From: Octopus sinensis | Lineage: Eukaryota | Reading direction: 5' to 3' | DNA length: 64,000 nucleotides | NCBI RefSeq assembly: GCF_006345805.1 | Contig: NC_043007.1 | Location: forward strand, 22,382,001-22,446,000 | Part shown: positions 36,415 to 49,560 of the stretch, in pieces | Layout: each line of letters begins with the position of its first letter | Numbering within the stretch: position 1 is the first letter of the stretch | Translations under genes and position numbers: made by a program | Notes under the pieces: generated by a model | Told to the model about the DNA's origin: nothing | Seen by the model: only the letters and a program-made list of their open reading frames with translations | The model's database searches: none

Positions 36415-36870
36415 CTATTTATCTGCCTACCTATCTATCTATCTGCCTGTCTGTCTGTCTGTCCACTTGCCCACCTGTCTACCTACCTATCTGTCTACCT
36501 GTTTGTCTACTTATCTATCTAGCTGTCTGCCTGTCTGTCTACCTATCTATCTAGCTATCTATCTACCTATCTATCTAGCTATCTATCTACCTATCTATCT
36601 AGCTATCTGTCTACCTATCTATCTAGCTATCTCTCTACCTATCTATCTAGCTATTTGTCTACCTATCTATCTAGCTGTCTGTCTGTCTGTCTACCTATCT
36701 ATCTAGCTATCTGTCTACCTATCTATCTAGCGATATGTCTACCTATCTAGCTAGCTATCTGTCTACCTATCTAGCTAGCTATCTGTCTACCTATCTAGCT
36801 GGCTGTCTGTCTACCTATCTATCTATCTAGCTGTCTGTCTACCTATCTATCTAGCTGTTTGTCTGTATAG
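36415..36870. repeat. (CTAT/CTGT) microsatellite with a higher-order unit
   Basis: Recurrent ctagctatctgtctacctatctat blocks. Confidence 0.92.
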
Positions 36871-37689
36871 ATAGATAGACAGACAGACAGACGTGTTAGA
36901 TAAATATTACAAGGCAATCAGATAGAGCCTTGTAATATTTGTCTGCCTCTTTGCTCTCTCTTTACACACTCTCTCTCTCTCTCTCTCTCTTGGATCCTGC
37001 CAAAGTTAATTTGCCTTTCATTCTTTCAAGTTTGAGGAATTCTGAGTGAAAAGCAGTCCTTACTTACAGCCCATCACTCCCTACAGAGCAAAGGCCATCA
37101 ACAGTTTTTCTTCTTTAAGCCATCATTCTGCTTCTCTGCAGTTGGATCCTTGCAGCTTCCTTTCAGATTTTGCTACCCTGCATCAGCTGTATCTCTGAGA
37201 GAAGGCTTTCATCTCTCAGGTCTTGTTCATTTTGAATTGTCATTGATGCTTCCATAACTTTACTTTGTTCTCAGAAGGAGCGTTGACTCTACACAAACAC
37301 ATTTTCACCTTTGGGAAGAGGTGGTCCATATTAGACTCGCCCTTCTCGTTTGACCTGTCCATGGAATGCCCTACTAGGGCATTGGGGTAAGCAAGCTGCC
37401 ATGCTGCAGCAAGGACTGGGCCATGTGGAGGAGTGCTTGACAGTGGACAGATGGAATTGTCAGAGCACTGGATAAGATGGCTTATTGTATTTAAACAGCT
37501 TTGTGCACTCTAAATCTAATTCACACCACCTATCACCAGACAAAATGAGTTCTTTGGGACCCAGCAAAATGGAAAAAAAAGTGGGGATAGGTTTGGGAAG
37601 TCTTTAAACAAGTGTACAAGTATCATGACTTGTTGCTCTCAGTGGTAGTACACCAAGTAGCAGGAAAGAATACAAGGGACTTTGAGGTC

Positions 37690-37950
37690 TTATGTAATCT
37701 CTCTATCACTTGTTTATATATGTATATATATGTGTGTGTGTATGTGCTGCCATGATTGACCACTAGCTCCAAAAGTTTTTTTATTCTTTCTTTGTTTATT
37801 TCCTTGTGTTCCCTTCTGTTGAAGAGCATACGCTCGAAATGTAAACGATTATTTCAACTTCCCGAGCGCTAAACTAATACACCTGTTTGTTGTTTATACA
37901 CCTGTCTTCATCTTTTGTTTTTCTGTAAATTTCAACTATATATGTATATA
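37690..37950 (+). mobile_element. Non-autonomous Penelope-derived-like repeat carrying a decayed hammerhead core
   Basis: ctgttga-a-gagc-atac-gctc-gaaatgta at 37816-37843 and the end ctgtaaatttcaactatatat. A reverse-oriented relative is at about 16785-16945; a related motif lies in 53710-54010. Confidence 0.5.
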
Positions 37951-38261
37951 TATATATATATATATGTGTGTTTTGTTTTATTTTTGTTCTCCTCTCCTTC
38001 TCTCACTACAACACTTTACTGTTTTTTTGGTTTTTTTTATCAATCTGGTCTATTTATTATTCATAATTGAAGCAAATATTCTTTCATTCATATCAATTAG
38101 ATTTACTAAACAGAGAAAAGACTTGAGCTGGTTGCCATTGTTTAACCCTAGGTCGACTCTGTTTTACCCAGATCATGATCAAAAGCATTCAAGCCATGAC
38201 CATCCTACCTTGAATGCCTTTAATCAAAGGTTTAACTGATCAGAACTGACTAAAAGCTATA

Positions 38262-38313
<52 letters not shown>

Positions 38314-41032
38314 AACAACAAACTGCGTCATTACTATTTTTTAATCTATAAATTAAAATTACCAAAGCCAAGCTTACTTGGAAAACCAAATGAAAAATTA
38401 CAAGTCTGGCAGTGTTTTTCAGGGCCTAATAATCTCAGACAAATCTAATCAACGTTTAATTGTATCTCAAGAGGGTCATTAAGCTAATAATAAATACATG
38501 CACTGGTTCTGTCATATGTATATTATTGTTATTAGACAGTTGGTTAAGGCAGTGAGCTGGCAGAATCATTAACATGCCAGATGCAAAATATTCTGAGAAA
38601 AAGTTTTCTTTCACCACAACAAAACACACACACATGCATGCTATGTTCTGAGTTCAAATTCCACTGAGGTCGACTTTGCCTTTCATCCTTTCAGGGTCGA
38701 TAAATGAAGTACCAGTGAAAGAAGGAAAAAAATAATAATGATAATAATAATAATAAATAATATAATAACAATAATAAATATAATAATAATAATAAATATA
38801 ATAATAATAATAATAATAATTAATAATAATAATAATAATAGTAAATAATAATAATTAATAATAATAAATAATAATTGTTTCAAATTTTGCCACAAGGGCA
38901 GCAATTTTGGGGGAGGGGATAAGTCCATTATATCAACCCTAGTGTTCAAATGGTATTTATTTTATCAACCTTGAAAGGTAACATCAACCTTGGCGGAATT
39001 TGAACTCAGAACGTAGCGACGAGCAAAATAGCACTAAGCATTTCATCCAGCACACTAACAATTCTGCCAGCTCGAATAATCGTTGTCATCATTCCTTAGC
39101 ATCCATTTACCATGTCGGCCTGGGTTGGACGGTTTGACCAGGGCTGGCAAGCTGTGGATCTGCACCATATTCCAGTTTGATTTGGCTTGGTTTCTAAGGT
39201 TGGATGCCTTTCCTAATGCCAACCACTTTACAGGGTGTGCTGAATCCTTTAACATGGCACTGGCACAAGGTTCTTGCTGGCCAATCCTCTTTACCAGTGG
39301 ATGCAGTCTTTACACTTCTGCCATGGAGGACAGATCTTCTTGAGTACAGCAAGGCTGTATCTTGGTCCTTTGGCATCTGACCCGAAAGGGTCAGCATTCT
39401 AAGGTCATCCTTCAATAAATAATAATAATAATAATAGTGGGTGCTTTTACGTAAAGGCATGTAAAAGCACCCACTATACTCTCGGAGTGATTGGTGTTAG
39501 GAAGGGCATCCAGCTGTAGAAACTCTGCCAGATCAGATTGGAGCCTGGTGCAGCCATCTGGTTCGTCAGACCTCAGTCAAATCATCCAACCCATGCTAGC
39601 ATGGAAAGCGGATGTTAAATGATGATTAATAATAACAATAATAATAATAATAATAATAAAGAAATGAAATGGAACCAGTATGTGTTTATTATTGGCACAA
39701 TGACCCCCCCCCCCGCCTCCCAAGATACAACAAAATATGTTTCAACACACAAGTTCTCATCAAGAATCTTGTGAACCAAATACAAAAACTAATCACTAAT
39801 ATTATCCACAAACCACGAGTAACCGCATTGAGCATCATGTCTGAGAAATTTGAAATAAGGAAACTACAGGAAAAAAATTCTATCAGAAATTAGGCAAAAC
39901 TGAAACTCGAGATCAAGGATTTAAGAGATAGAAATGAAATTAGAATTAATTAATTTATTATGTTTGATAATCTGAAGTGTCCAGCTGAGTATTTCCTTAT
40001 AGCAATAAAGCCTAGCCACATTTTGAGCTGTGCAGCTGAGCTTGCTCAAGCAACAGTGAAATTTGTTTTTTGTTATACTCTTTTACTTGTTTCAGTCATT
40101 TGACTGCGGCCATGCTGGAGCACCGCCTTTAGTCGAGCAACTCGACCCCGGGACTTATTCTTTTTGTAAGCCCAATACTTATTCTATCGGTCTCTTTTGC
40201 CGAACCGCTAAGTAACGGGGACGTAAACACACCAGTATCGGTTGTCAAGCAATGCTAGGGGGACAAACACAGACACACAAACACACACACACATATATAT
40301 ATATATATACATATATACAATGGGCTTCTTTCAGTTTCCGTCTACCAAATCCACTCACAAGGCTTTGGTCGGCCCGAGGCTATAGTAGAAGACAATTGCC
40401 CAAGGTGCCATGCAGTGGGACTGAACCCTGAACCATGTGGTTGGTAAGGAAGCTACTTACCACACAGCCACTCCTGCGCCTATGTTTTTTTCTTGTGAGA
40501 ACTTTTTTTTGTCTTGGCTAATTTTTTATTTCAGTGCTGCAAACTAGAAAAATTCCTCATTCTATAATGCCTTATCTTATTATAATTGTTGTTGTTATCA
40601 TTATTATTATGATTAAGGTGGCGAGCTGGCACAATCGTTAGCATGCCAGGCAAAATGCTTAGCAGTATTTCGTCTGCCGCTACGTTCTGAGTTCAAACTC
40701 CGCCGAGGTCGACTTTGCCTTTCATCCTTTCGGGGTCGATTAAATAAGTACCAGTTACGTACTGGGGTCAATATAATCGACTTAATCCGTTTGTCTGTCC
40801 TTGTTTGTCCTCTCTGTGTTTAGCCCCTTGTGGGTAGTAAAGAAATAGGTATTTTGCCCATCGCTACTCAGTTCAAATTCCGCCAAGGTCAACTTTGCCT
40901 TTCCTCCTTTTGGGATTGATAAAAATAAATGCCAGTTGAGTACTGGGGGTCAATGTAATTGACTTACCCCACTTGCCCTTTAATTATTGGCCTTGTGCCA
41001 GAAATTATTCTTATTATTGTTGTTGTCTCAAG

Positions 41033-41111
41033 CAGTGAACTGCAACTCCCATGGGTCCAGTTACAACCAAGTAGACTGAGCCATTTAGAAGTCATTCATA
41101 AGCGATAGAGT
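41033..41111 (+). CDS. Candidate exon of an orphan gene (TEX14-like?)
   Basis: NAGNAG acceptor aagcag; open frame SELQLPWVQLQPSRLSHLEVIHSDR; weak donor gtgaag gives phase 0, compatible with 42072. Confidence 0.35.
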
Positions 41112-41839
41112 GAAGCTATTTTCTTTAGTAGAGTGAATCCTATTAATTTGATCAGCTGCAACTATTATTTAAATTATAGTGTTTCAACCGCAAAAAAAAA
41201 AAAAATTGTTTTGTTTTTTTTCGTCGTTATTTCTTGATGTTCAAAATTAATTATGTAGAAATAGCAAAGCTGTTTTTGACATTCTTGGGTACTTGACATC
41301 CTCATCACTAAATATATTTCTTCTCTCTCCTGTTTTCATAATATTTATGGTACACAAGCTTTAACTTTGAACTACTTGAACATACGAAAACAAAAGGTTA
41401 ATATCTGTATAAAAATTCTAAATTCCAGCGGTGGTGCCCCAGCATGGCCGCAGCCTTCGGGCTGAAACATTTTAAGGATTTATTATTATTTTTTTTTTTT
41501 GTCCATTTTCTTCTACTTGAATTTAACATACTTTACAAGTTTTGAATTTGTCACTTTTTGAAGAAATATCTCCGTTGGATTCAATTATTATTGTTTTACT
41601 TCTTAGAGTGAGAAGTCTTTTGTGCTCTGGTTGATTTTGTGAGAGTGGACAGCAGCCCTTGTCAGAGGTCTCTTTCAGCACATTATAAGCTTTGATAATT
41701 GGTTGTTAATTAGCGTGGAAGGACATTCCACTCCCAAGTACCAATCTCAAAATCCTAGCTGTCCCCAGCAGAGCAGTTTTTTTTTTTTTGCTTGCTCTGC
41801 TCCCATGTCTGATTTCTATGACATATTTCTTGAACTTAA

Positions 41840-41876
<37 letters not shown>

Positions 41877-42071
41877 CATAGTCAAGGAACATAACTTTGC
41901 TTGCATTTCTCTGACTGACAGAAAATGATAATCATAATTCAATCGTTTTCTTGAGCAAGGTGCATAACTCTGCTTACCTTAGTTTGATAAGCAAGTTCCA
42001 CTCCACATAGAATGAAAACTGTAGTCAGTTGATATTTAGTATAATTTTTTTTTCCTTTTTTTATCTCTTAG

Positions 42072-42221
42072 TCTGAGAAAGAAGAGTATGCCTATAGTCT
42101 TCTCAGATCTTATAGTTTGAGTTATTACTCATATAAGAAAGCAGATCTATCTGTTAAAATACTCCACCAACAGACAAATGGTCGATTTTGTGATCCTATC
42201 CTACTTATAGCATTGGAAGAG
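42072..42221 (+). CDS. Internal coding exon, possibly the N-lobe start of a TEX14-like pseudokinase
   Basis: Strong acceptor (ttttttttcctttttttatctcttag) and donor GAG|gtaaaa; 150 nt, phase 0-0; open frame SEKEEYAYSLLRSYSLSYYSYKKADLSVKILHQQTNGRFCDPILLIALEE. Family identity rests on recalled similarity only. Confidence 0.55.
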
Positions 42222-42373
42222 GTAAAATATTTTAAGCATTCGTTTATTCTTTTATTTGTTTCAGTCATTTAACTGTATCTCTTGCCGAACCGCTAAGTGA
42301 CGGAGACGTAAACACACCAATATCAGTTGTCAAGCGATGTTGGGCAGATAAACACAGATACACAAACATATAT

Positions 42374-42426
<53 letters not shown>

Positions 42427-44387
42427 ATGGGCTTCTTTCAGTTCCTGTCAAATCCACACACAAGGCTTTGGTTGGCCCAAGGCTATAGTAGAAGACAGTT
42501 GCCCAAGGTGCCATGCAGTGGGACTGAACCCGGAACCATGTGGTTGGTTAGCAAGCTACTTACCACACAGCCATTTAAATTTATTTTACTATTCAAGAGA
42601 TTTCAAATGTTATCCCTGCCCTCCCCTACTTTCAAATTCTGTGAATTACTTTCTATATTCTGTTCAGATTTAATCAGTAGGGTCTTGGTATTTTTTTCGC
42701 TAAGGTTAAATTTGAGGAAGGAATCACTTGAAGTTATGTAGTCTTGGGTCAGTCCTGATTGAGCAATTCCTTAGCATGTAGGTTATGGACCAAATGACAA
42801 GAAGGTGCTAGAGTGTGTTAACTTACTGTGTATTATCTCAAAAGATTTCTGGACATTACTGTCTTGAGTCCTAGGGCCCACGGGACCAATTCCCCAGTTC
42901 TCATGGCATATAAATGAAATCACAACATTCCCCCTGGATGGGATGCCAGTCCATTGCAGGGTTGCTCATTTACAGCCGAGTGGACTGGGGCAACGTAAAA
43001 TGAAGTGTTTTTGCTCAAGAACACAATGTACCACCCAGTCCGGAAATTGAAACTACAATTTTGTGATTGCTAGTGCAACACACTAACCGCAAGACTACAT
43101 GTCTTCACATGAAAGATCTGTAGGCAAATGTAACTAATCATTAATTAATCTTGTGTTCTGGAGATATTCTTTTGTAGATTTATATTGCTTAATATATAAA
43201 AGTAAGGTTGTGTGTCTGTCTACTCCGATTTAGATTCCTAACTACTCCCACATTTTGCGGTTTGCAGTTAACCAAAACCGGGTATCTTATAGTCGTGATT
43301 CATATCGAGCCCTTCTGGTATTAGCGTGAGTCTACGATTTTTAAAATAATTTACCATCATTTTTTTCCATTTTAATGCATTTTTTTAAGGGAAGTAACTC
43401 TCTAAAAATGTCTACGATGAGTCAACGATTTTAAAAAAAATTTACCATCATATTTTTCCATTTTAATGCATTTTTTGCTATTTTTTTACTATAACTCTCT
43501 AAAAATGCTTTATAGTTATTTCCCTTACAAACCCGAGCAACGCTGGGCGATACTGCTAGTTGCTTAATAAAGCAAGCTAAGTATTGTTTGGATGAAGTAG
43601 GGGCTTTTTGTTATGTTTTTGTGTACAGTACATAAGCAGTTTTGGGTTGCCTTCTGATTTGATGGCATTCTTTCATTTGTGGAGTAAAACCTTTTCTGTC
43701 TGTTTCAATTCCATGTGAAGAATAAATGCCAGAGTTGTTTATCTTTCATCTGCTTGATACTACAGAGATGGAAGTCTAACACTTGCCTTATGAACCCTTG
43801 TGGTGTGGTAAAGAATTCAGTTTGTAAACTGGGGATGGGATTAATTCTGGCATTAATACAAAAAAGAAACCCCCTCGCAAAAAAAAAAAAAAAAAACTAA
43901 TTCACACTTACTTATTTATCAGCCACTCATCTTTGCCATCTTAAGCAATAATTTATGCATTCATTATCTTAATTGCTCCTGCCATTTTCTAAGTAAAATA
44001 CAAGATGTCTACAAAAGTTCTCTAGCGGTAGTGCCCCAGCATGGCCGCGGCCTTCGGGCTAAAACATTTTAAAGGATTTAAGGATTCATAATTTGTTGAT
44101 GGCCATATGTCTGCTGAACCAGGTCTGACCTGGACTAAAGATTAGTTCCAAAACTGACCGGCAGATTCACTGAGGAAAGTGTTTTTTGAACTTTTTATTA
44201 CTTTAGCACTGTTGCCTTATAAATGGTTTTCTAGACTTCTTGTGGCTCAGTTATATTATTTGTATATATTTATAAAAGTGTGGAGGCTGTTTTGTATCCT
44301 TTTTATAAATCTTTTTGTTATTCATTTTTTTAAAATTCTACCACAATCTTACATAGCTTTATAATTCTTGATATTTTCACTTGCTTT

Positions 44388-44491
44388 CTATTGTATAAGT
44401 TGTGTAGTTTTAGCATTTGCTAACAATTCTTTGCCTGCTGGGTCCTTAGCTCTGTTGACTCTCTCTTTAGCATAACTTACAGATAAGTAAA
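44388..44491 (-). CDS. Candidate terminal exon of an unidentified minus-strand gene
   Basis: Acceptor tatttttttag; open frame YLSVSYAKERVNRAKDPAGKELLANAKTTQLIQ*; no recognised homology. Confidence 0.3.
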
Positions 44492-44551
44492 CTAAAAAAA
44501 TATTTTAATAACCTTTTTCTACTTTTAGCACTTCACAGTGAAATTATTTAA

Positions 44552-44772
44552 CCCTTTCGTTACTGTATTTATTTTGAGATGCTCTGTGTTTCTTTCAATT
44601 AATTTCAAATATAACAAAGAGTTTAGTAAAATAACTTAGTCATCATTCCGCTAGTTTTAGGAACGTAAATTGTGACTAAGGTTTGGTGGAAGATTTTAAT
44701 TCAAAACTTATGGAAACAAGACATTTATACTCAGAGCCAGAGGCGGTTTCAGCCGGGTTGGTAACGAAAGGG
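44552..44772. mobile_element. piggyBac-type MITE (second family)
   Basis: TTAA flanks; perfect 12-bp TIR ccctttcgttac / gtaacgaaaggg. Confidence 0.85.
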
Positions 44773-46332
44773 TTAAACATCTTTGTTATTTTATAATGAT
44801 CTATATTTGTCTCTTGTACATATTAAATTTATCCTGTTTCGTTTTTTTTTTTATATATTTTTATTGTATTTCATTTCACATTTGAATTTTGTAAATAAAT
44901 TCTTCTTTCTGTTCAACTGTGATATCAAAAGTTTAAAAGCATACTCTTTTACTTGTTTCAGTCATTTGACTGCGGTCATGCTGGAGTACCGCCTTTAGTC
45001 GAAAACAAATCGACTCCGGGACTTATTCTTTGTAAGCCCAGTACTTATTCTATCGGTCTCTTTTGCGGAACCGCTAAGTGACGGGGACATAAACACACCA
45101 GCATCGGTTGTCAAGCAATGCTAGGGGGACAAACACAGTCACACACACACACACACACACATATATATACATATATACGTTGGGCTTCTTTGAGTTTCCG
45201 TCTACCAAATCCACTCACAAGGCTTTGGCTGGCCCAAGGCTATAGTAGAAGACACTTGCCCAAGGTGCCACACAGTGGGACTGAACCCAGAACCATGTGG
45301 TTGGTAAGCAAGCTACTTACCACACAGCCACTCCTGCACCTATATCTGAATCTCTTGCTACTTTATGTTCATTTTGCTAAATCATCGAATCTGTTTGTTT
45401 CTGTCTTTTACACTGGTTTTCTGCATTGTACTGTGGCCATTCTGGGGCAACACCATGAAGAGTTTTTAGTAAATCAAATCAATCCTTGTACTTAGTTCTT
45501 TTTTTGTTTTTGTTTTAAAGCCTGTTGCCTACTCTGTTGGTCTCTTTTGCCAAACCGCTAAGTTATAAAGACATTAACAAACCAACACTAATTGTCTAAG
45601 CGGGGTGGGAGAACATTTCTAACACATATCTGACACACTCACACATGCAACAGGCTTCCACACAGTTTCCGTCTATAAATTCACTCATAAAGCATTGGTC
45701 AGCCTAGAGCTATAGTAGAAGACACTTGCCCAAGGGGTCAGGCACTGGGGACTGAACCCCAAACCACACCATTGCAAATAAAGCTTTATAATCACACAGC
45801 CAAGGCTGTGCCTATATTGTGTTAAAAAAAAAAATTAAAACCAAATTAAATAGGAACTGAAATCCCTAGAATTTCATATTGTGATTCCTTTGAAAGGAAT
45901 AGCAAATCAAAGACTGATTACCAATATCATTAAGTGGTTGGCATTAGGAAGGGCATCCAGCTGTAGAAACTCTGCCAAATCAAGACTGGAACCTGGTGCA
46001 GCCATCTGGTTCGCCAGACCTCAGTCAAATCGTCCAACCCATGCTAGCATGGAAAGCGAACGTTAAACGATGATGATGATGATGATGATTAACCCTTTAG
46101 TATCTAAACAGGCCATATCCGGCCCAAATATGCTTCCTGTTTCATGCTCTAACTAGTCAGATCCAACCTTTCACACCTACCCTTCAATGCCATTCTAGAA
46201 ATCTACAATCTCATCATGAAAACTTTAAAGCTACAAAATAAAGCATGATTAATTATAAACAATGTCAATGAAAAAACATTACATTTTGACAAAATAATCT
46301 GAATACGAAAGGGTTAAAGTAAAATGCTTTAC

Positions 46333-46400
46333 CATTCCATAACAAATCGTTCTTTCACTGCTTTGGTTTGTTGTTCTATTCGTTTATTCAAATCTATTGC
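46333..46400 (-). CDS. Candidate exon of an unidentified minus-strand gene
   Basis: AG/GT bounded, 68 nt, only one open frame: AIDLNKRIEQQTKAVKERFVME(W/C); weak polypyrimidine tract. Confidence 0.3.
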
Positions 46401-46493
46401 CTATGCAAACATTGTGTGTCTGTGTTTGTCTGGATATTTTTACAGCAATAATCAAATTTTTATGTTCAATAAATGAGAAAACAATCAGAATAC

Positions 46494-46532
46494 CTTGAAG
46501 TTTTTTTTCCATTCCTGCCAGATTTTAACCAT
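46494..46532 (-). CDS. Candidate ATG-containing exon of an unidentified minus-strand gene
   Basis: MVKIWQEWKKNFK followed by AAG|gtattc; joins in phase 0 to 46333-46400 across a 93-nt intron; weak acceptor. Confidence 0.3.
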
Positions 46533-49129
46533 TGTCTTCTCAAATGTTACAATTTACTTTTTACTTCAAGGAATTGTGTTTTTTGTTTTGTTTTTTTTCC
46601 AATTTTTTTTGGTGTTTTTTTTTTCCAAATTTCCCAGATACAGCAAAATTTGATGATGTAGATGGTGACAACAATGATAGTGATGGTAGTGATGGTGTAG
46701 ATGACAATGATGATGAAAATGATGTCGATGATGATGATGATAACTGATATCAATGTCATAATGATGATAACAATGCTGGAAAATAGTGCTGTAGATGCTG
46801 AATGTTGTTCTTGTTGTTGTTGTTAAGCAACAAGACAGGTAAGGGTGATTAGGTGATGGTCTAGGGCTTAGGGGCAGGAGACCCCAGACCTTGGAAAAAA
46901 AAACTTTGGTTGTCTTGTAGTCGAGGGCTCTTCGTTGACACCCGACACCACTGGGAGGTGGCCCTCGAAGTCGCTGGAAATGGAAATCTCCAGGTCCAAA
47001 TTCTTGAATGGCTGTTGACGCTGATGCCAGTGGTGACAGTGGTAATGTCAATGTTTTGGTGATGACGGGGATAATGACATTGCTGGTGATGTTGACGGCA
47101 ATGTTGACACTGCTGGTATTGATGGCAACAGCGATGTCAATAATGGCAGTAATCTCAACACCTGCAGCAGCAATGATGATGACTGTGGAAGCAATGATGG
47201 CAATGCTAATGTCAACAGAGATGTCAACAAGTGTGTAGATGACGGCAGTGAAGATGAAGGTGCTGCAAGTAGTCAAGATCAACAATGGTTGCCCACCGAT
47301 GGATCTTGAGGCGGCAGGAGGGAAGGAAGGATTTCTGGACATGAAGGAGGAACTCCACCCTCCCGTCGTAAAGGAAAAGAAAAAAAGGAAGGAGAAAAAC
47401 GGGGCATTGCCGGCAGTTGCTGGTGCACTGGCAGAATGTCGCCTTACTGGCACTCGTGCCAGTGGCACATGAACAAAACATTCAAGCGAGGTCGTTACCA
47501 GTGCCGCTGGACTGGCTCCTGCGCAAGGTGGCACATAAAAAAACACCATTTGAGCATGGCCGTTGCCAGTACTGCCTGACTGGCCCTCGTGCCGGTGGCA
47601 CGTAAAAGCATCCACTACACTCTCGGAGTGGTTGACGTTAAGAAGGGCATCCAGCTGTAGAAACTTTGCTAGATCAAGATTGGAACCTGGCACAGCCATC
47701 TGGTTCGCCAGTCCTCAGTCAAATCGTCCAACCCATGCTAGCATGGAAAGTAGATGTTAAACAATGATGATGATGATATATATATATATTAACCTGATCA
47801 CTTTAATCGTTCATTTTTCAAATTTGCCAGTGTTCCTATTGATTATCTCACTGTATTCACTGCTGTCCCAATGTTTCCCTTATGACCTCTCATTTACCAA
47901 TTCTTTATTATTTTATTTTCTCTCTCTCTCATTCTTTTTATTCAGTACCATTATAACACATTATATAAGTCTATGTGATTATGGAGCCAACCCAAACCAA
48001 TCTTTTCTTTTCGTCATGACAAACCAACCTATTCCACTTTGCAATTTACAAACTTTTTCTACTCACTTTCCTGACACAGACTATCACCTGTAGCCTTGGA
48101 AACCAATGATATATTCCCTGAACTGCACTGATTTTAAATCGTTTCTGTAAGAAAAGCTACCTACAATAGGACCAAAACTCAGTTCTCTGAGAGGTTTACA
48201 TTCCAGTTACTTATCCTCAGTTTTCACAGTATCAATCAGTAGGTCATATGGGAAGTCGCGATTTGGATAGGATTAACTTTTAATCACCTCTACATCATCA
48301 TCATTGATCGACCGTGGTTGAGACAATGGAAAAGCTATTAGGTATTAGGCTGCCCTTGTCAGGTCAGGACCGATGTATGCAGCATCGGATCCTACTACTG
48401 GTAAACCAGTACAACCTGTGTCAGTGGGGTAGAAAGGGCTCCTTAGCCGTAGTGAAGGCAATCTATCTAGGGAGATAACCTTACAATAAATCACTCGGTC
48501 CGTAGCTTAGAAATACTAGGTTGACGTCCAGCGGGAACAGCTTTGTTTCATGGAGGAGGAAAGACCTTCTTTAGTGCTTGGTTGTACAATGCTTTCCAAT
48601 GTGTGTAGTAGCGGTGTGCGCTCACATTATTAGCCATTTGAAAATACTATGGAATTTACAATTAACTGCACCTCTACATATTCTGGTGGAGACTGTAGTA
48701 TGTCACTATTCCTTGCTGTTTAGTTTAGAAATGGTAAATCATCTCTAAAGGCTGGATTTTGCAATCACTTTTATTGATCTCTGTTTATAAACTAGTTAGG
48801 TGTGCCAGAATTACATCACGTTCCCAGACTTAACTCCCTTGATGTATTTACATTGGTGACTACCAATGCACAACACACACACACACACGTATATGTGAGG
48901 AAGTGTTTGTAGCGTACCTTGGTGAAATCCTTTCTGTTTGACATGTGTAATGCAAATGCGGACGTGGCAGAACACAGCCATCTTTTGGCCCCTTGGGCCC
49001 AGTTGTGTCCGCTGCTCTGATTGGTTGGTTTCAGTGCAGTTTAACTCTTCCTTTATTTCGCGCCAATGTGTAAACCAACCAATCGCAGCCTTCTGATATG
49101 GTCATGTGACACAGTCTTCTAGGTTCTCT

Positions 49130-49560
49130 TCTGGAGCCCACTAATCTCTTTAAAAGCTAGATCAACAAACTGGAATTCGTCTTTGGTTCTAGTCCTTCTT
49201 AGGACTAACCTCTGACCACAGAGCACAGCCAGTTTCAGTGACACAGCCATGTTCCAGCTACAGACACCACCACAGCATTTTAGGACCTTTCTCCACTGTT
49301 GCCTTAAGCTCAACGTCGCCTTTCAATCTTAACATCGTCTCCACCAACATCAATACATCCACAACCATTTTGCCTAGGTTTAAAAGATCCTGGCTTTGGG
49401 AGAAAAAGAAAATACAGGAGGGATCAGTTAATTATGATTTTATTGAACATATTCCCTTCTCAGATTTGCACACTTATTGCAGAGGTCCTTCAGTTTTTCT
49501 AAGCCCTGTAAAAGAACTTGAAAGGTTGGGCCTTCAACCAAGCCTTTTGTGATACCCTTA
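49130..49560 (-). mobile_element. Degenerate L1/Tx1-like ORF2 C-terminal remnant
   Basis: Stop-riddled translation (VETMLRLKGDVELKATVEKGPKMLWW) reminiscent of Tx1 3' ends. Confidence 0.3.

Noticed and set aside
41610-41705. Plus-strand exon candidate with in-frame TGA (selenocysteine idea)
   Set aside because: No selenoprotein motif or SECIS evidence, and the donor is poor.
46566-47699. 377-aa minus-strand ORF, the longest in the window
   Set aside because: It runs through a family C SINE and (CAT/CAA) low-complexity tracts; it is an antisense reading of repetitive triplets.
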